A stretch of DNA of 13,438 bases from Octopus sinensis (lineage: Eukaryota): the NCBI RefSeq assembly GCF_006345805.1, contig NW_021826164.1:1-13438 (forward strand). Direction: 5' to 3'. The position numbers and the translations under genes are program-made. The notes under the pieces are model-generated. The model saw only the letters and a list, made by a program, of their open reading frames with translations, did no database searches and had not been told where the DNA came from. Below are positions 1-9,133 of the stretch, piece after piece (the first letter of the stretch is position 1; every line of letters begins with the position of its first letter).

Positions 1-490
1 GAGAGACAGACAGATTGACAGACAGACGGACAAAGGGGAAAGCACTGAGAAGGTCCATGCTTCTTGGAAATAACGGCAAAAGCTGCTGATTTCATACACG
101 GAATATTTTCCAAATAATCGATTTGTAGAATAAGCACTCTCTGCCTCTATATGATTGTGAATGTTTATGAATTCATCTTAAGCTAGCTCGTCACTTAATA
201 TTGGCGCTTTGGCGTACTTTAGAGGTGTGTTCGTCCTTTATTACCATATACACTTTTGATAGACATGTTAATTTCTTTTTTCCCTTCATATCACATTATA
301 ACATCTGTAAAAAGAAAAAGAACGAAATTTCCTAACCTGTATTAGACGACGTTGTCTATGATACACATGGCATGGAAAATAACGAGAAATCACCGTTGAC
401 GGGTTTTTGGCTAGGGATGACATGAACAGTACTGGTGATATAATGATACCAAGCTGGTTTATTACTTTTTAATATAGAAACATGAATAAA

Positions 491-690
491 GTTGGTGAGC
501 TGGCAGAATTGTTAGCACGCAGGTCAAATTACTTAGCGACATTTCGTCCATCTTTACGGTCTGTGTTCAAATCCCACCGAGATTTTATCAGTTCGGATTT
601 GATAAAATAAGTCCCTTATAAGAAACGGGGTTGATTTATTTGACTACACCTCCCGCCAAACTGCTGGCGTTGTGCCAAAATTTGAAACAA
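491..690 (+). mobile_element. tRNA-derived SINE, type A, older diverged subfamily
   Basis: Head GGTGAGCTGGCAGAATTGTTAGCACGC, B-box-like GTTCAAATCCC, then GATAAAATAAGT and 3' end TGTGCCAAAATTTGAAAC. Homologous to 978-1207 and (reverse complement) to 10805-11018. Confidence 0.75.
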
Positions 691-822
691 ACATAAGCTA
701 GAGGAATGACGATGATAATATTTTGTACTCTGTATTTGGAAATTAATTGAATTTGATGGTATTTTTTATGCCCCAGCCGTGCCACATGAAAGGCCATCGC
801 TATAGGAACAGGCGTGGATGTA

Positions 823-1510
823 GGTGAAGTCGTAACTATGTGGTAATAATCTTACTTACCTACTACATGACTCCAGGTTTAGTCCCTTACGTGGAACGTT
901 GGGTAAATATCCTTTGCTATAGACTAGGGCCCATTAAGAGCTTCAGAGTGGATTTGGTAGACAGAAATTAAAAGAAAGGCGGCGAGCTGGCAGAAACGGT
1001 AGCATGCCGGGCGAAATAGCTGTATTTGTCGTCTGCCGTTACGTTCTGAGTTCAAATTCCGCCGAGGCCGACTTTGCCTGTCATCTTCCGGGGTCGATAA
1101 ATTAAGTACCAGTTACGCACTGGGGTCGACGTAATTGACTTAATCCCTTTGACTGTCCTTGTTTGTCCCGTCTATGTTTAGTCCCTTGTGGGCAATAAAG
1201 AAATAAGGAAATTAAAAGAAAACTGTCATATACATGTATGTGTGTCTGTCTGTCTATCTGTCTGTCTATCTGTCTGCCTGTCTGTCTATATATGTGCACG
1301 CGTATGCAATAGTCTTTATGCATGTGTTTGTTCCCCACCACCAATTGACGACCCTGTGCTTACATCCCAGTAACCTTGTGGTTCGATGAAAGTGACGGAT
1401 AAAATAAGTACCTGGGTCATGTTTTTTTTTTCTTTTTGAGTAAACACTTCAAGGCGGTGCTCCAGTATGGCTGTACTGAAATAACTAAAACACATCATAC
1501 AAGATAAAAT
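823..1510 (+). mobile_element. Diverged type B SINE, interrupted by a type A SINE
   Basis: Collinear by eye with 7766-8227: TGTGGTAA...GGTTTAGTCCC...GAGTGGATTTGGTAGACAGAAA, central TCTG/TCTA repeat, then AAGGCGGTGCTCCAGTATGGC near 1451-1470. Ends approximate. Confidence 0.75.
978..1207 (+). mobile_element. Type A SINE monomer (younger subfamily) with a 14-bp target-site duplication
   Basis: Starts GGCGGCGAGCTGGCAGAAACGG (A-box-like), B-box GAGTTCAAATTCC, ends GGGCAATAAAGAAATAAG. Flanked by perfect GAAATTAAAAGAAA at 964-977 and 1208-1221. Confidence 0.9.
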
Positions 1511-1864
1511 ATTGAAATTTGACGTGAAACTTGTGAGACACCAGCAAATTGAAACTGTCCCAAAATAATTGGCTCGCCTTGTATTTTTATATTACATTCC
1601 TTATTACATTCCATACAGACGAAATGTATGAAGTAAATGGAAATAGAGTTTAAGATTTGCCAGATTCTATATTTGCTGCTGAAGCAATAATAACTCGCAC
1701 AATAAGCTAATACATAAACATGAGATATTACAATATTTACTATGTTTTGTGAATGAGATTCGCAACTACGTTTGTACGCCATTAACAATTTTATTAAATG
1801 GAGATTTATGAATTTTTACACAGCTGTTTCCTCGAGACAAATGTAATCAAATTTTACCGACATA

Positions 1865-1870
<6 letters not shown>

Positions 1871-1930
<60 letters not shown>

Positions 1931-1937
1931 GTATATG

Positions 1938-1981
<44 letters not shown>

Positions 1982-1984
1982 ATG

Positions 1985-2054
<70 letters not shown>

Positions 2055-2124
2055 AATATATATATGTATATATATATAATATAATATATATATATATATA
2101 TGTATATGTATATATATACATATA
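1871..2124. repeat. (TA)n microsatellite with TATATG variants
   Basis: Read directly; source of the IYIYIY ORFs. Confidence 0.97.
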
Positions 2125-2205
2125 CGGCGAGAGGGAGAGGGAGAGAGAGAATGTAATAGACAGATATGGTTATATATACAAAAAGAGAAAAGAGACAGAG
2201 ATGGG

Positions 2206-2206
<1 letters not shown>

Positions 2207-2241
<35 letters not shown>

Positions 2242-2414
2242 ACACACACGCACACATATATATATATATTTGTATACATGTATACAAACGTGTCCATAGA
2301 AAACAGCATGGCTTCCGATATCTAATTATAACAATCACAAATACATCACGCCGTAAAGGCTATGGTAATAGAATAGACGATGAAGCTTGAGATAGAAAGA
2401 CAATGAGAAACACG

Positions 2415-2450
<36 letters not shown>

Positions 2451-2510
2451 GTAAGATGGACATGCAGACAGACAAACAGATAGATGGAGTGAGAGACAGA
2501 TAGACAGACA
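2207..2510. repeat. Compound (TA)n/(CA)n and (GA)n/(GACA)n low-complexity tract
   Basis: Read directly; interrupted by non-repetitive sequence at about 2270-2415. Confidence 0.8.
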
Positions 2511-3637
2511 AAGGAGATACGAAAAAGAGAGAGTTAAGCAGAGAGGGAGTGACTAGACACACACTTTATATACACATAAGGTACAGTATTGATGTATTGA
2601 GGCAAAGAAAGATGTTATATTTGTCTAGTAGACAATTGCCTTCGTTTTTTATTAAATTGAATTACGTGATAATATTGTAGTTACCTCCCTTGGTTGTTAG
2701 TTTTAAGCCGAGAAAACTGTTAAAGTAATTGTTTTTTTTTAGAGTAATGGTAATTTCAATTAACTTAACTAATATCATATATATATAAGTAAGAACCTAC
2801 TACATATATGTATGAATGAGTGTGTATATGCGTGTGTGAAGAAAACACAGGTGAATAGATATTTATCCATAAGTTATCAGCTACGCAACTTTCAAATAGA
2901 GTAGCATACCTGAAAATACTACAACACAACAGTTTTACCTGACTTAATCAATTTCACATTTGATCGATCGAGATGGTACAGAAACAAAAGAAGTCAACAC
3001 CATTCTATTATCGTAGCTGTTTACCAATACAATCAATATCGATATAGCATTGATGGGTATAGAATGATATTCAGTTTTGCCGCACTATTTGAATCTGTCA
3101 AATGTGGGTCGATTAAATTGTGCATGTGTTGTATTGCTGCCTTTTGAGATATGATATTGTATTTGAAACGTGTGTAGCTAATGAATATCGTATAACACTT
3201 CCTTATTATATGTGTGTGTGTGTTTTGTATTCCTGTTATACTATGTGATGATATAGTTAATCTGTACTGGATTCATTCAGTGTTTACACGTTGGACAGGT
3301 GGCAGAAAGTGAATTTAATACCTATGAGAATTTCTGAGACATTCACAAGGCAATTTAATTAGCTGGGTTTCATACATAAAGAGAGGTTATAAATTCTATG
3401 TGTGTATGTGTGTGTGTGCGTGTTGTGTGTGTGTGTTATATAACAAGCTTTCATCGTATGTTGACAACAGGATATAGAGTAACCTTGGGGTGTACAAGCA
3501 ATCTTAAGAGGGAATTTGAGTATTAGAACACACACACACACCTCGAATATTCGCGATAAGTACGCTGAATGATTACACCGTCATATCACCACTTTTCTTT
3601 CCTTTAAATTTAGAAAGTATGATTTCATATACAGTTT

Positions 3638-3717
3638 TATACATACATACATGCACACATACATACATACATACATACATACATACATACATACATACAT
3701 ACATACATACATACATA
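3638..3717. repeat. (TACA)n microsatellite
   Basis: Read directly; its last TA (3716-3717) abuts the mariner element. Confidence 0.95.
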
Positions 3718-4372
3718 GGTGGTGAAGCCAAAAATTATCCGCACTTTTGCCATGATATTATTGTCACACACCCTTCTACGCATGCGTGCTTATAGTTAGT
3801 TGGTATTATCGTGGTCACGTGGTGGATATGTGAGTCTAATTGCGCCATTATTCTTTCTGGCTTTACCGTGTAAACACGGCCGCTCCGCTAGAAAGGTGCA
3901 CCAGAGAAGAACAAAGGGCAGTGATCCGATTTCTCTGGTCAGAAGGTGTGTTAGGCGCTGAAATTCACCGGAGGCCTTTAGCACAATACGGAAACAATGC
4001 ACTATCGCGTACAAGTGTGTATAAGTCAATCGAGAAGTTTAAAAGTGGTCGGCCAATTGTGACGCAGGAAGAGGGAGCAGAACACCCTTTAACCTCCACA
4101 GTGATGAGAAGATTCAGGAAGGTCGAGAGATCGTAATGGTGAACTGGTTCACCATAACCATCTCTCGGACCACTGCCCTTGTTATTCTTTGGTGTACATT
4201 GCTAGTGAAGCAGCCATGCTTACACTGTAAAGCCAGAAAAAAAGGCACGATCAGGCGCAAACCTCGATCACGTGACCACCTCGGTATCGACTATAAGCAG
4301 GCGCGCGTAAAAAGCAGTGTGACCATAACGATATGCTATAGCGAAAGAGCGGATAATTTTTGACTTCCCTCG
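3718..4372. mobile_element. Non-autonomous Tc1/mariner derivative with fold-back (long inverted repeat) structure
   Basis: TA on both sides (3716-3717, 4373-4374). Left end GGTGGTGAAGCCAAAAATTATCCGC versus right end reverse complement CGAGGGAAGTCAAAAATTATCCGC. Inverted similarity extends about 210 bp (3718-3929 vs 4165-4372). Contains a mariner transposase N-terminus. Confidence 0.9.
3876..4146 (+). pseudogene. Truncated mariner transposase N-terminal helix-turn-helix fragment
   Basis: AAPLERCTREEQRAVIRFLWSEGVLGAEIHRRPLAQYGNNALSRTSVYKSIEKFKSGR matches the Mos1-type paired-like HTH pattern from recognition. Start is ACG at 3876; the right arm keeps ATG (minus strand, 4217). A frameshift near 4100 continues as DEKIQEGREIVMVN. 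No catalytic DD34D domain. Confidence 0.88.
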
Positions 4373-4374
4373 TA

Positions 4375-4572
<198 letters not shown>

Positions 4573-4583
4573 TAATCCCTAAT

Positions 4584-4740
4584 GTGATTGTGTGTTAAGA
4601 AGCTTGCTTCCTAACCATATTGTTCCGAGTTCAGTTACACTACATGGATCTTGCGGAAATGTCTTCTATTATAACTTCGGGCCAACAAAAGAGTTGTAAG
4701 CGGATTCGGAAGGCGGAGACTAGAAAAATCTCATCCTGTA
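4584..4740 (+). mobile_element. Diverged 5' half of a type B SINE
   Basis: TGTGTGTTAAGAAGCTTGCTTCCTAACCA...GAGTTCAGT...TGTCTTCTATTATAACTTCGGGCCAAC aligns with 7776-7930 and runs into microsatellite at the homologous position. Confidence 0.75.
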
Positions 4741-4828
4741 TCTATCTATCTATCGATTAATCTATCTTTCTCTCCCTCTCCCTCTCCCTCTCTCCATATA
4801 TGTATTATATATATATATATAATATATA

Positions 4829-4877
<49 letters not shown>

Positions 4878-4929
4878 TATATATATATATATTATATATA
4901 TATATATACATAACGGAAGCTTTATGAAA

Positions 4930-4970
<41 letters not shown>

Positions 4971-5010
4971 CATGCGCGCACGCACACACACACACACCAC
5001 ACACACACAC

Positions 5011-5044
<34 letters not shown>
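4741..5044. repeat. Compound (TCTA)n/(TC)n/(TA)n/(CA)n microsatellite
   Basis: Read directly. Confidence 0.93.
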
Positions 5045-5230
5045 GGGATAATTCACAAAAAAAAAAGACAAAGACAGGTGGTGTAGACAATAAACGGATG
5101 TATTAATTAACGCTCGGCAAGTGAAATAATCTTTAATGTTTCGAGCCTCCACTCTTCAACAGAAAGGAACACAGAAAGAAACTAGGAAAGACAATAAATA
5201 ATGTGTAGTGGCTAGCGATCTATCATGGCG
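5045..5230 (-). mobile_element. Short interspersed element inserted in (TA)n; probable Penelope-like (pLTR) remnant or non-autonomous derivative
   Basis: A 186-bp complex-sequence island with (TA)n directly on both sides, carrying a minimal hammerhead-like motif of the type known from Penelope-like elements. Class assignment is inference. Confidence 0.55.
5131..5166 (-). ncRNA. Degenerate minimal type I hammerhead ribozyme-like motif
   Basis: Minus strand: CUUU CUGUUGA A GAGU-GGAG-GCUC GAAAC AUU AAAG. Stem I is CUUU/AAAG; core CUGUUGA differs from CUGANGA at one position; stem II is 4 bp; then GAAA. Stem III reads ACAU where ACGU would be expected. Confidence 0.5.
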
Positions 5231-6070
5231 TATATATATATATGCGTACACATAAACTATACACATACACACAAACACGTGTACATATAAATGCCTATAT
5301 ACATTTTATTTTTTATTATATTGTATTACATTATTATATCATTGCAATTAATTATATATAACATTTTGTTTTGAGAATCATTAATACGTGTATACATAAT
5401 GTGTGAGCCATTACTTCAGTTATACAAGTTTCAACATGAAGAACATTCTGGAATCATAAACGAAAATTACAAACAAGTGAATAAGAGAAATAGAAGGTGG
5501 GAGAGGGAGGGAGAGAGAGAGAGAGAGAATAGATGAGAGAGAGAGAGAGAAAGACAGAGAGGAGGAAGAATGGTGTGAATGAGAGACAGTGTATAATTAC
5601 AGATATATATTTGTATATTGAGCCGAAGCCATGAATTAGGAATCGAGTCTAGGTGAGATTGTCTACAGTTACTAGCCAAGAATCCTTCGATATTAATTAC
5701 TTTCAATCTATATTCATAAATATTTTAATATTATAAAGTACATCATAACAAATAGAGTAAAACATAAAATTAATGAAAACATAAATATTTTTTCTATATA
5801 GTACCTACCAACTTGCCTCGGTCAAGCTTGATAGAAATCATAAGAATACGTGAAAAGCGTTGTGGCGACAGATACATATACAAGGCCTTGGTTAAAGAAG
5901 GTAGTGGATGTGTTGAGAAGCTCTTAATGGAAATTTTTATTCCACATCACCGAAGAAAGAATTATTCTTCGGAACAACATGGAAATTATCAAATCACTGA
6001 GTTACATATCCCTCTCTGTGTAACATTTTTGTACTGGACCAAGGTGAACGAAATTTTCCCATGTGATGGT

Positions 6071-6132
6071 TATAATAAGAAACGATTATTGATATGAAGA
6101 CGAGTATAATCTTCAGAATATTGGGTCTGAGT
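6071..6132 (+). repeat. 62-bp direct repeat, copy 1 (long TSD candidate)
   Basis: 56/62 identical, ungapped, to 6735-6796. Confidence 0.93.
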
Positions 6133-6134
6133 AA

Positions 6135-6734
6135 GGCGGCGAGCTGGCAGAGACGATAGCACGCCGGGTGAAGTGCTTCGCGGTATTTCGCCCGACGCTA
6201 CGTTCTGATTGCAAATTCCACCTAGGTCGAATTCGCCTTTCATCCTTTCGGGGTCGATTAAATAAGTACCAGTTACACACTAGGGTCGATATAATCGATT
6301 TAATCCGTTTGTCTGTCTTTGTTTGTGCCCTCTATATTTAGCCCCTTGTGGGTAGTAAAGAAATAGGTATTTCGTCTGTCGTTACGTTCTGAGTTCAAAT
6401 TCCGTCGAGGTCGACTTTGTCTTTCATCCTTTCAGGGTCGATAAATAAAGTACCAACTTCGCACTTGGGTCGATGTAATCGACTTAATCCCTTTGTCTGT
6501 CCTTGTTTGTCCCCTCTATGTTTAGCCCCTTGTGGGTAGTAAAGAAATAGGAATTTCGTCTGTCGTTACGTTCTGAGTTCAAATTCCGTCGAGGTCGACT
6601 TTGTCTTTCATCCTTTCCGGAATCGATAAATAAAGTACCAGTTACGCACTGGGGTCGATGTAATCGACTTAATCCCTTTGTCTGTTCTTGTTTGTCTCCT
6701 CTATGTTTAGCCCCTTGTGGGCAATAAAGAAATA
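6135..6734 (+). mobile_element. Type A SINE trimer: 48-bp head plus three tandem 184-bp units
   Basis: Head GGCGGCGAGCTGGCAGAG. Units start at 6183, 6367 and 6551 (G[T/A]ATTTCG), each with a B-box-like motif and ending in TAAAGAAATA. Confidence 0.92.
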
Positions 6735-6796
6735 TATAATACGAAACTATTGTTGATATGAAAACGAGTATAAGCTTCACAATATTGGGTCTGAGT
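6735..6796 (+). repeat. 62-bp direct repeat, copy 2 (long TSD candidate)
   Basis: Begins immediately after the SINE 3' end; matches 6071-6132. Confidence 0.93.
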
Positions 6797-6905
6797 GTTC
6801 GAAAGTGATAGTCGTTTTACTTTTATATAGATACTTCGGCTACTGTTTCACATCAGCCACCATGTCTTTGTGAAATGCTTATTTGTTAATCGTAAAAACA
6901 CCTCT

Positions 6906-6968
6906 TCCTCTCAACACTGAAGTGCTGCAGGCACCTGAGTACACCACATTTTATTCACTACAGGCTTC
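6906..6968 (+). repeat. ~63-bp diverged direct repeat, copy 1
   Basis: About 49/63 identical, ungapped, to 7255-7317 (CACTGAAGTnCTGCAGGCACCT core); may extend about 20 bp further left. Confidence 0.8.
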
Positions 6969-7230
6969 AGTTAAACCGAATAACCCGCTTGTTAAATTTA
7001 CGTGCAAATGCCTGCGATCTGCACAGACACGTGTAACTTCAACGTAGTTCTCAAGGAGATTGAGTGTGTCACAGAATATGACAAGACTGGCCCGTTTGAA
7101 TTTTGAAAGCTGAGTGGCCTGGACCAATGTGAAATAAGATATATTGCCCAAGGACACAATGCGCCGCTGGGAATCGAACTCTCGACCTTACAGTCGTGGA
7201 TTGAGTGCCCTGACCACTATGTCATGCGCC
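6969..7230 (-). mobile_element. tRNA-derived SINE, type C (CORE-like), tail variant 1
   Basis: Reverse complement: GGCGCATGACATAGTGGTCAGGGC (A-box), GAGTTCGATTCCC (B-box), GTGTCCTTGGGCAA...TTATTTCACATTG...CACTCAGCT (CORE-SINE-like). Head and core are shared with 12563-12690. Confidence 0.8.
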
Positions 7231-7254
7231 TTCACGTGCTATACGTAAACATTC

Positions 7255-7317
7255 TCCACTCAGCACTGAAGTCCTGCAGGCACCTTTGCAGGCCACGTTT
7301 ATTCCACGACTGGCTTC
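7255..7317 (+). repeat. ~63-bp diverged direct repeat, copy 2
   Basis: Matches 6906-6968; weaker similarity continues left to about 7237, close to the SINE 5' end. Confidence 0.8.
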
Positions 7318-7765
7318 TATCTACACAGATTCGGCCAAAAGTCACCCGACAGTAAATCAAAACCATGTAATTCCAAGGTTTATTTATGTTTAACAAGTGA
7401 ATGAATTTAACTAAAAGCATCAAAATATGAAACATCATGAAAATTCAGTTCTATATTTAAGAGATGAGGAATTATGTACATTATTTACAGTATTCTCATT
7501 ATTTACACTACCATCAATTTTACCCAGGTTTTCGGTCTCCGCCTCCTCCATCTCCATGTCACATTTTGTATCTTCACTTAATTGCAACTATCCTCTGCTT
7601 CTCTTTATGTTTTCTGTATAGTCTTCTCCTTTTACTCACCATTTTTGTAGCATCTGTAAAAAATGATTTATTTCCGTTGATTTATTGCGATCCAATAGCC
7701 GTTATTACATAATACACTACGCATTCATTAAATTTACTGTCCAGGTTATAAGGCAACCCACCATA

Positions 7766-7927
7766 GGCGCAGGAGTGGCTGTGTGGTAAGTAGCTTACTA
7801 ACCAACCACATGGTTCCTGGTTCAGTCCCACTGCGTGGCATCTTGGGCAAGTGTCTTCTGCTATAGCCCCGGGCCGACCAAAGCCTTGTGAGTGGATTTG
7901 GTAGAAGGAAACTGAAAGAAGCTTGTC

Positions 7928-7994
<67 letters not shown>

Positions 7995-8227
7995 ATGTAT
8001 GTATGTGTTGTTGTGTGTTTGTGTGTCTGTGTTTGTCCCCCTAGCATTGCTTGACAACCGATGCTGGTGTGTTTACGTCCCCGTCACTAAACGGTTCGGC
8101 AAAAGAGACCGATAGAATAGGTACTGGGCTTACAAATAATAAGTCCCGGGGTCGATTTGCTCGACTAAAGGCGGTGCTCCAGCATGGCCGCAGTCAAATG
8201 ACTGAAACAAGTAAAAGAGTAAAGAGT
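7766..8227 (+). mobile_element. Full-length young type B SINE with a central microsatellite
   Basis: A-box-like TGGCTGTGTGG, B-box-like GGTTCAGTCCC, CORE-like CATCTTGGGCAAGTGTCTT, central (TA)n/(TG)n at about 7929-8030, and a GTAAAAGA repeat tail. Near-identical to the reverse complement of 11814-12263. Confidence 0.92.
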
Positions 8228-8838
8228 ATAGGCTCCCAATTTTTCATCTTTTAGTCACAAGAAAAGGCAGCGACTATGACACCTAATAAGTTATCTGAGG
8301 CTATTAAATAAATTCTACACGAAATGGAAACCTAACTCAAATCTCTGCAAAGGATTAAACCCATTTAAAAACATCCGAGGGGAATATAGATGTCACCTAT
8401 TAGGTGATGGTGTTGAACGAGTAAGCGTATTCAGGCGGCTAGCTGATAAGGTAAGTCTACCAGATAAGTTCTGCCTTAGATTTGTCACGGTGCATTCGCA
8501 TTTTTCGTAATTTGTTTTCTCGTCTCTGTTTGCACTAACGTGCACTCGTAAATAGCTTTGCGAATTTAATAAACTTTGAGTAATGTAGGAATGGACAATA
8601 TTAATTCGGAAGCTGAAATTGATATGATTTATAATTGAAAAACCTCTGAAGGAAAGGTCTGAAACATTTGCACGACTGTCTTTGGTGTCTTTTCGTTTTA
8701 TCTGTCTTTTAATATGCTGCAGTGTCACAGGAGCCAAGATGATAATGATGACAATGAGGAGGGAAAAAGGGGAGGATGAAGAAGAGAAAGTGGGTAGAAT
8801 TTTGAGGAGCGAAAAGCGAATGTTGTTATGGAGACGAC

Positions 8839-9133
8839 CATCATCGTCATCACCATCATCATCATCATCATCATTATCATCATCGTCATCGTCATCGTCA
8901 TCATCATCATCATCATCATCATCACCACCATCATCATCGTCATCATCATCATCATCATCGTCATCATCATCATCATCATCATCATCATCACCATCATCAC
9001 CATCATCATCATCATCGTCACCATCATCATCTTCGTCATCATCATCATCATCATCGTCATCATCATCATCATCATCATCATCGTCATCATCATCGTCATC
9101 ATCGTCATCATCATCATCGTCGTCGTCGTCACC
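8839..9133. repeat. Long imperfect (CAT)n trinucleotide microsatellite with CGT/CAC interruptions
   Basis: About 295 bp with phase preserved; produces the poly-D, poly-S, poly-M and poly-I ORFs. Confidence 0.97.

Noticed and set aside
1798-2390. IYIYIY-type ORFs (also 4251-5152, 7682-8115, 12001-13345)
   Set aside because: Translations of TA, CA, GATA and TATG microsatellites and SINEs.
3840-4136. 98-aa ORF as a functional or domesticated HTH protein
   Set aside because: The native ATG is mutated, the conserved Trp appears lost (YKSIEKF), and there is a frameshift near 4100; treated as a pseudogene.
5813-6097. 94-aa ORF in unique sequence after a possible acceptor at about 5801
   Set aside because: TTG start, no recognisable motif in the frames I translated on either strand, and no supporting donor. 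A tBLASTx search against relatives would settle it.
6183-6734. 184-bp tandem units as a CRISPR array or hammerhead retrozyme array
   Set aside because: No unique spacers and a eukaryotic context; I found no CUGANGA...GAAA core on either strand; the units are SINE bodies.
6835-6862. Minus-strand CTGATGTGAAACAGTAGCC as a second hammerhead
   Set aside because: Lacks A9 and stem II, and stem I is out of register; likely chance.
7447-7489. Short stretch reminiscent of an octopus Penelope-type repeat end
   Set aside because: Based on recollection only; about 40 bp with no second copy or structure in the window.
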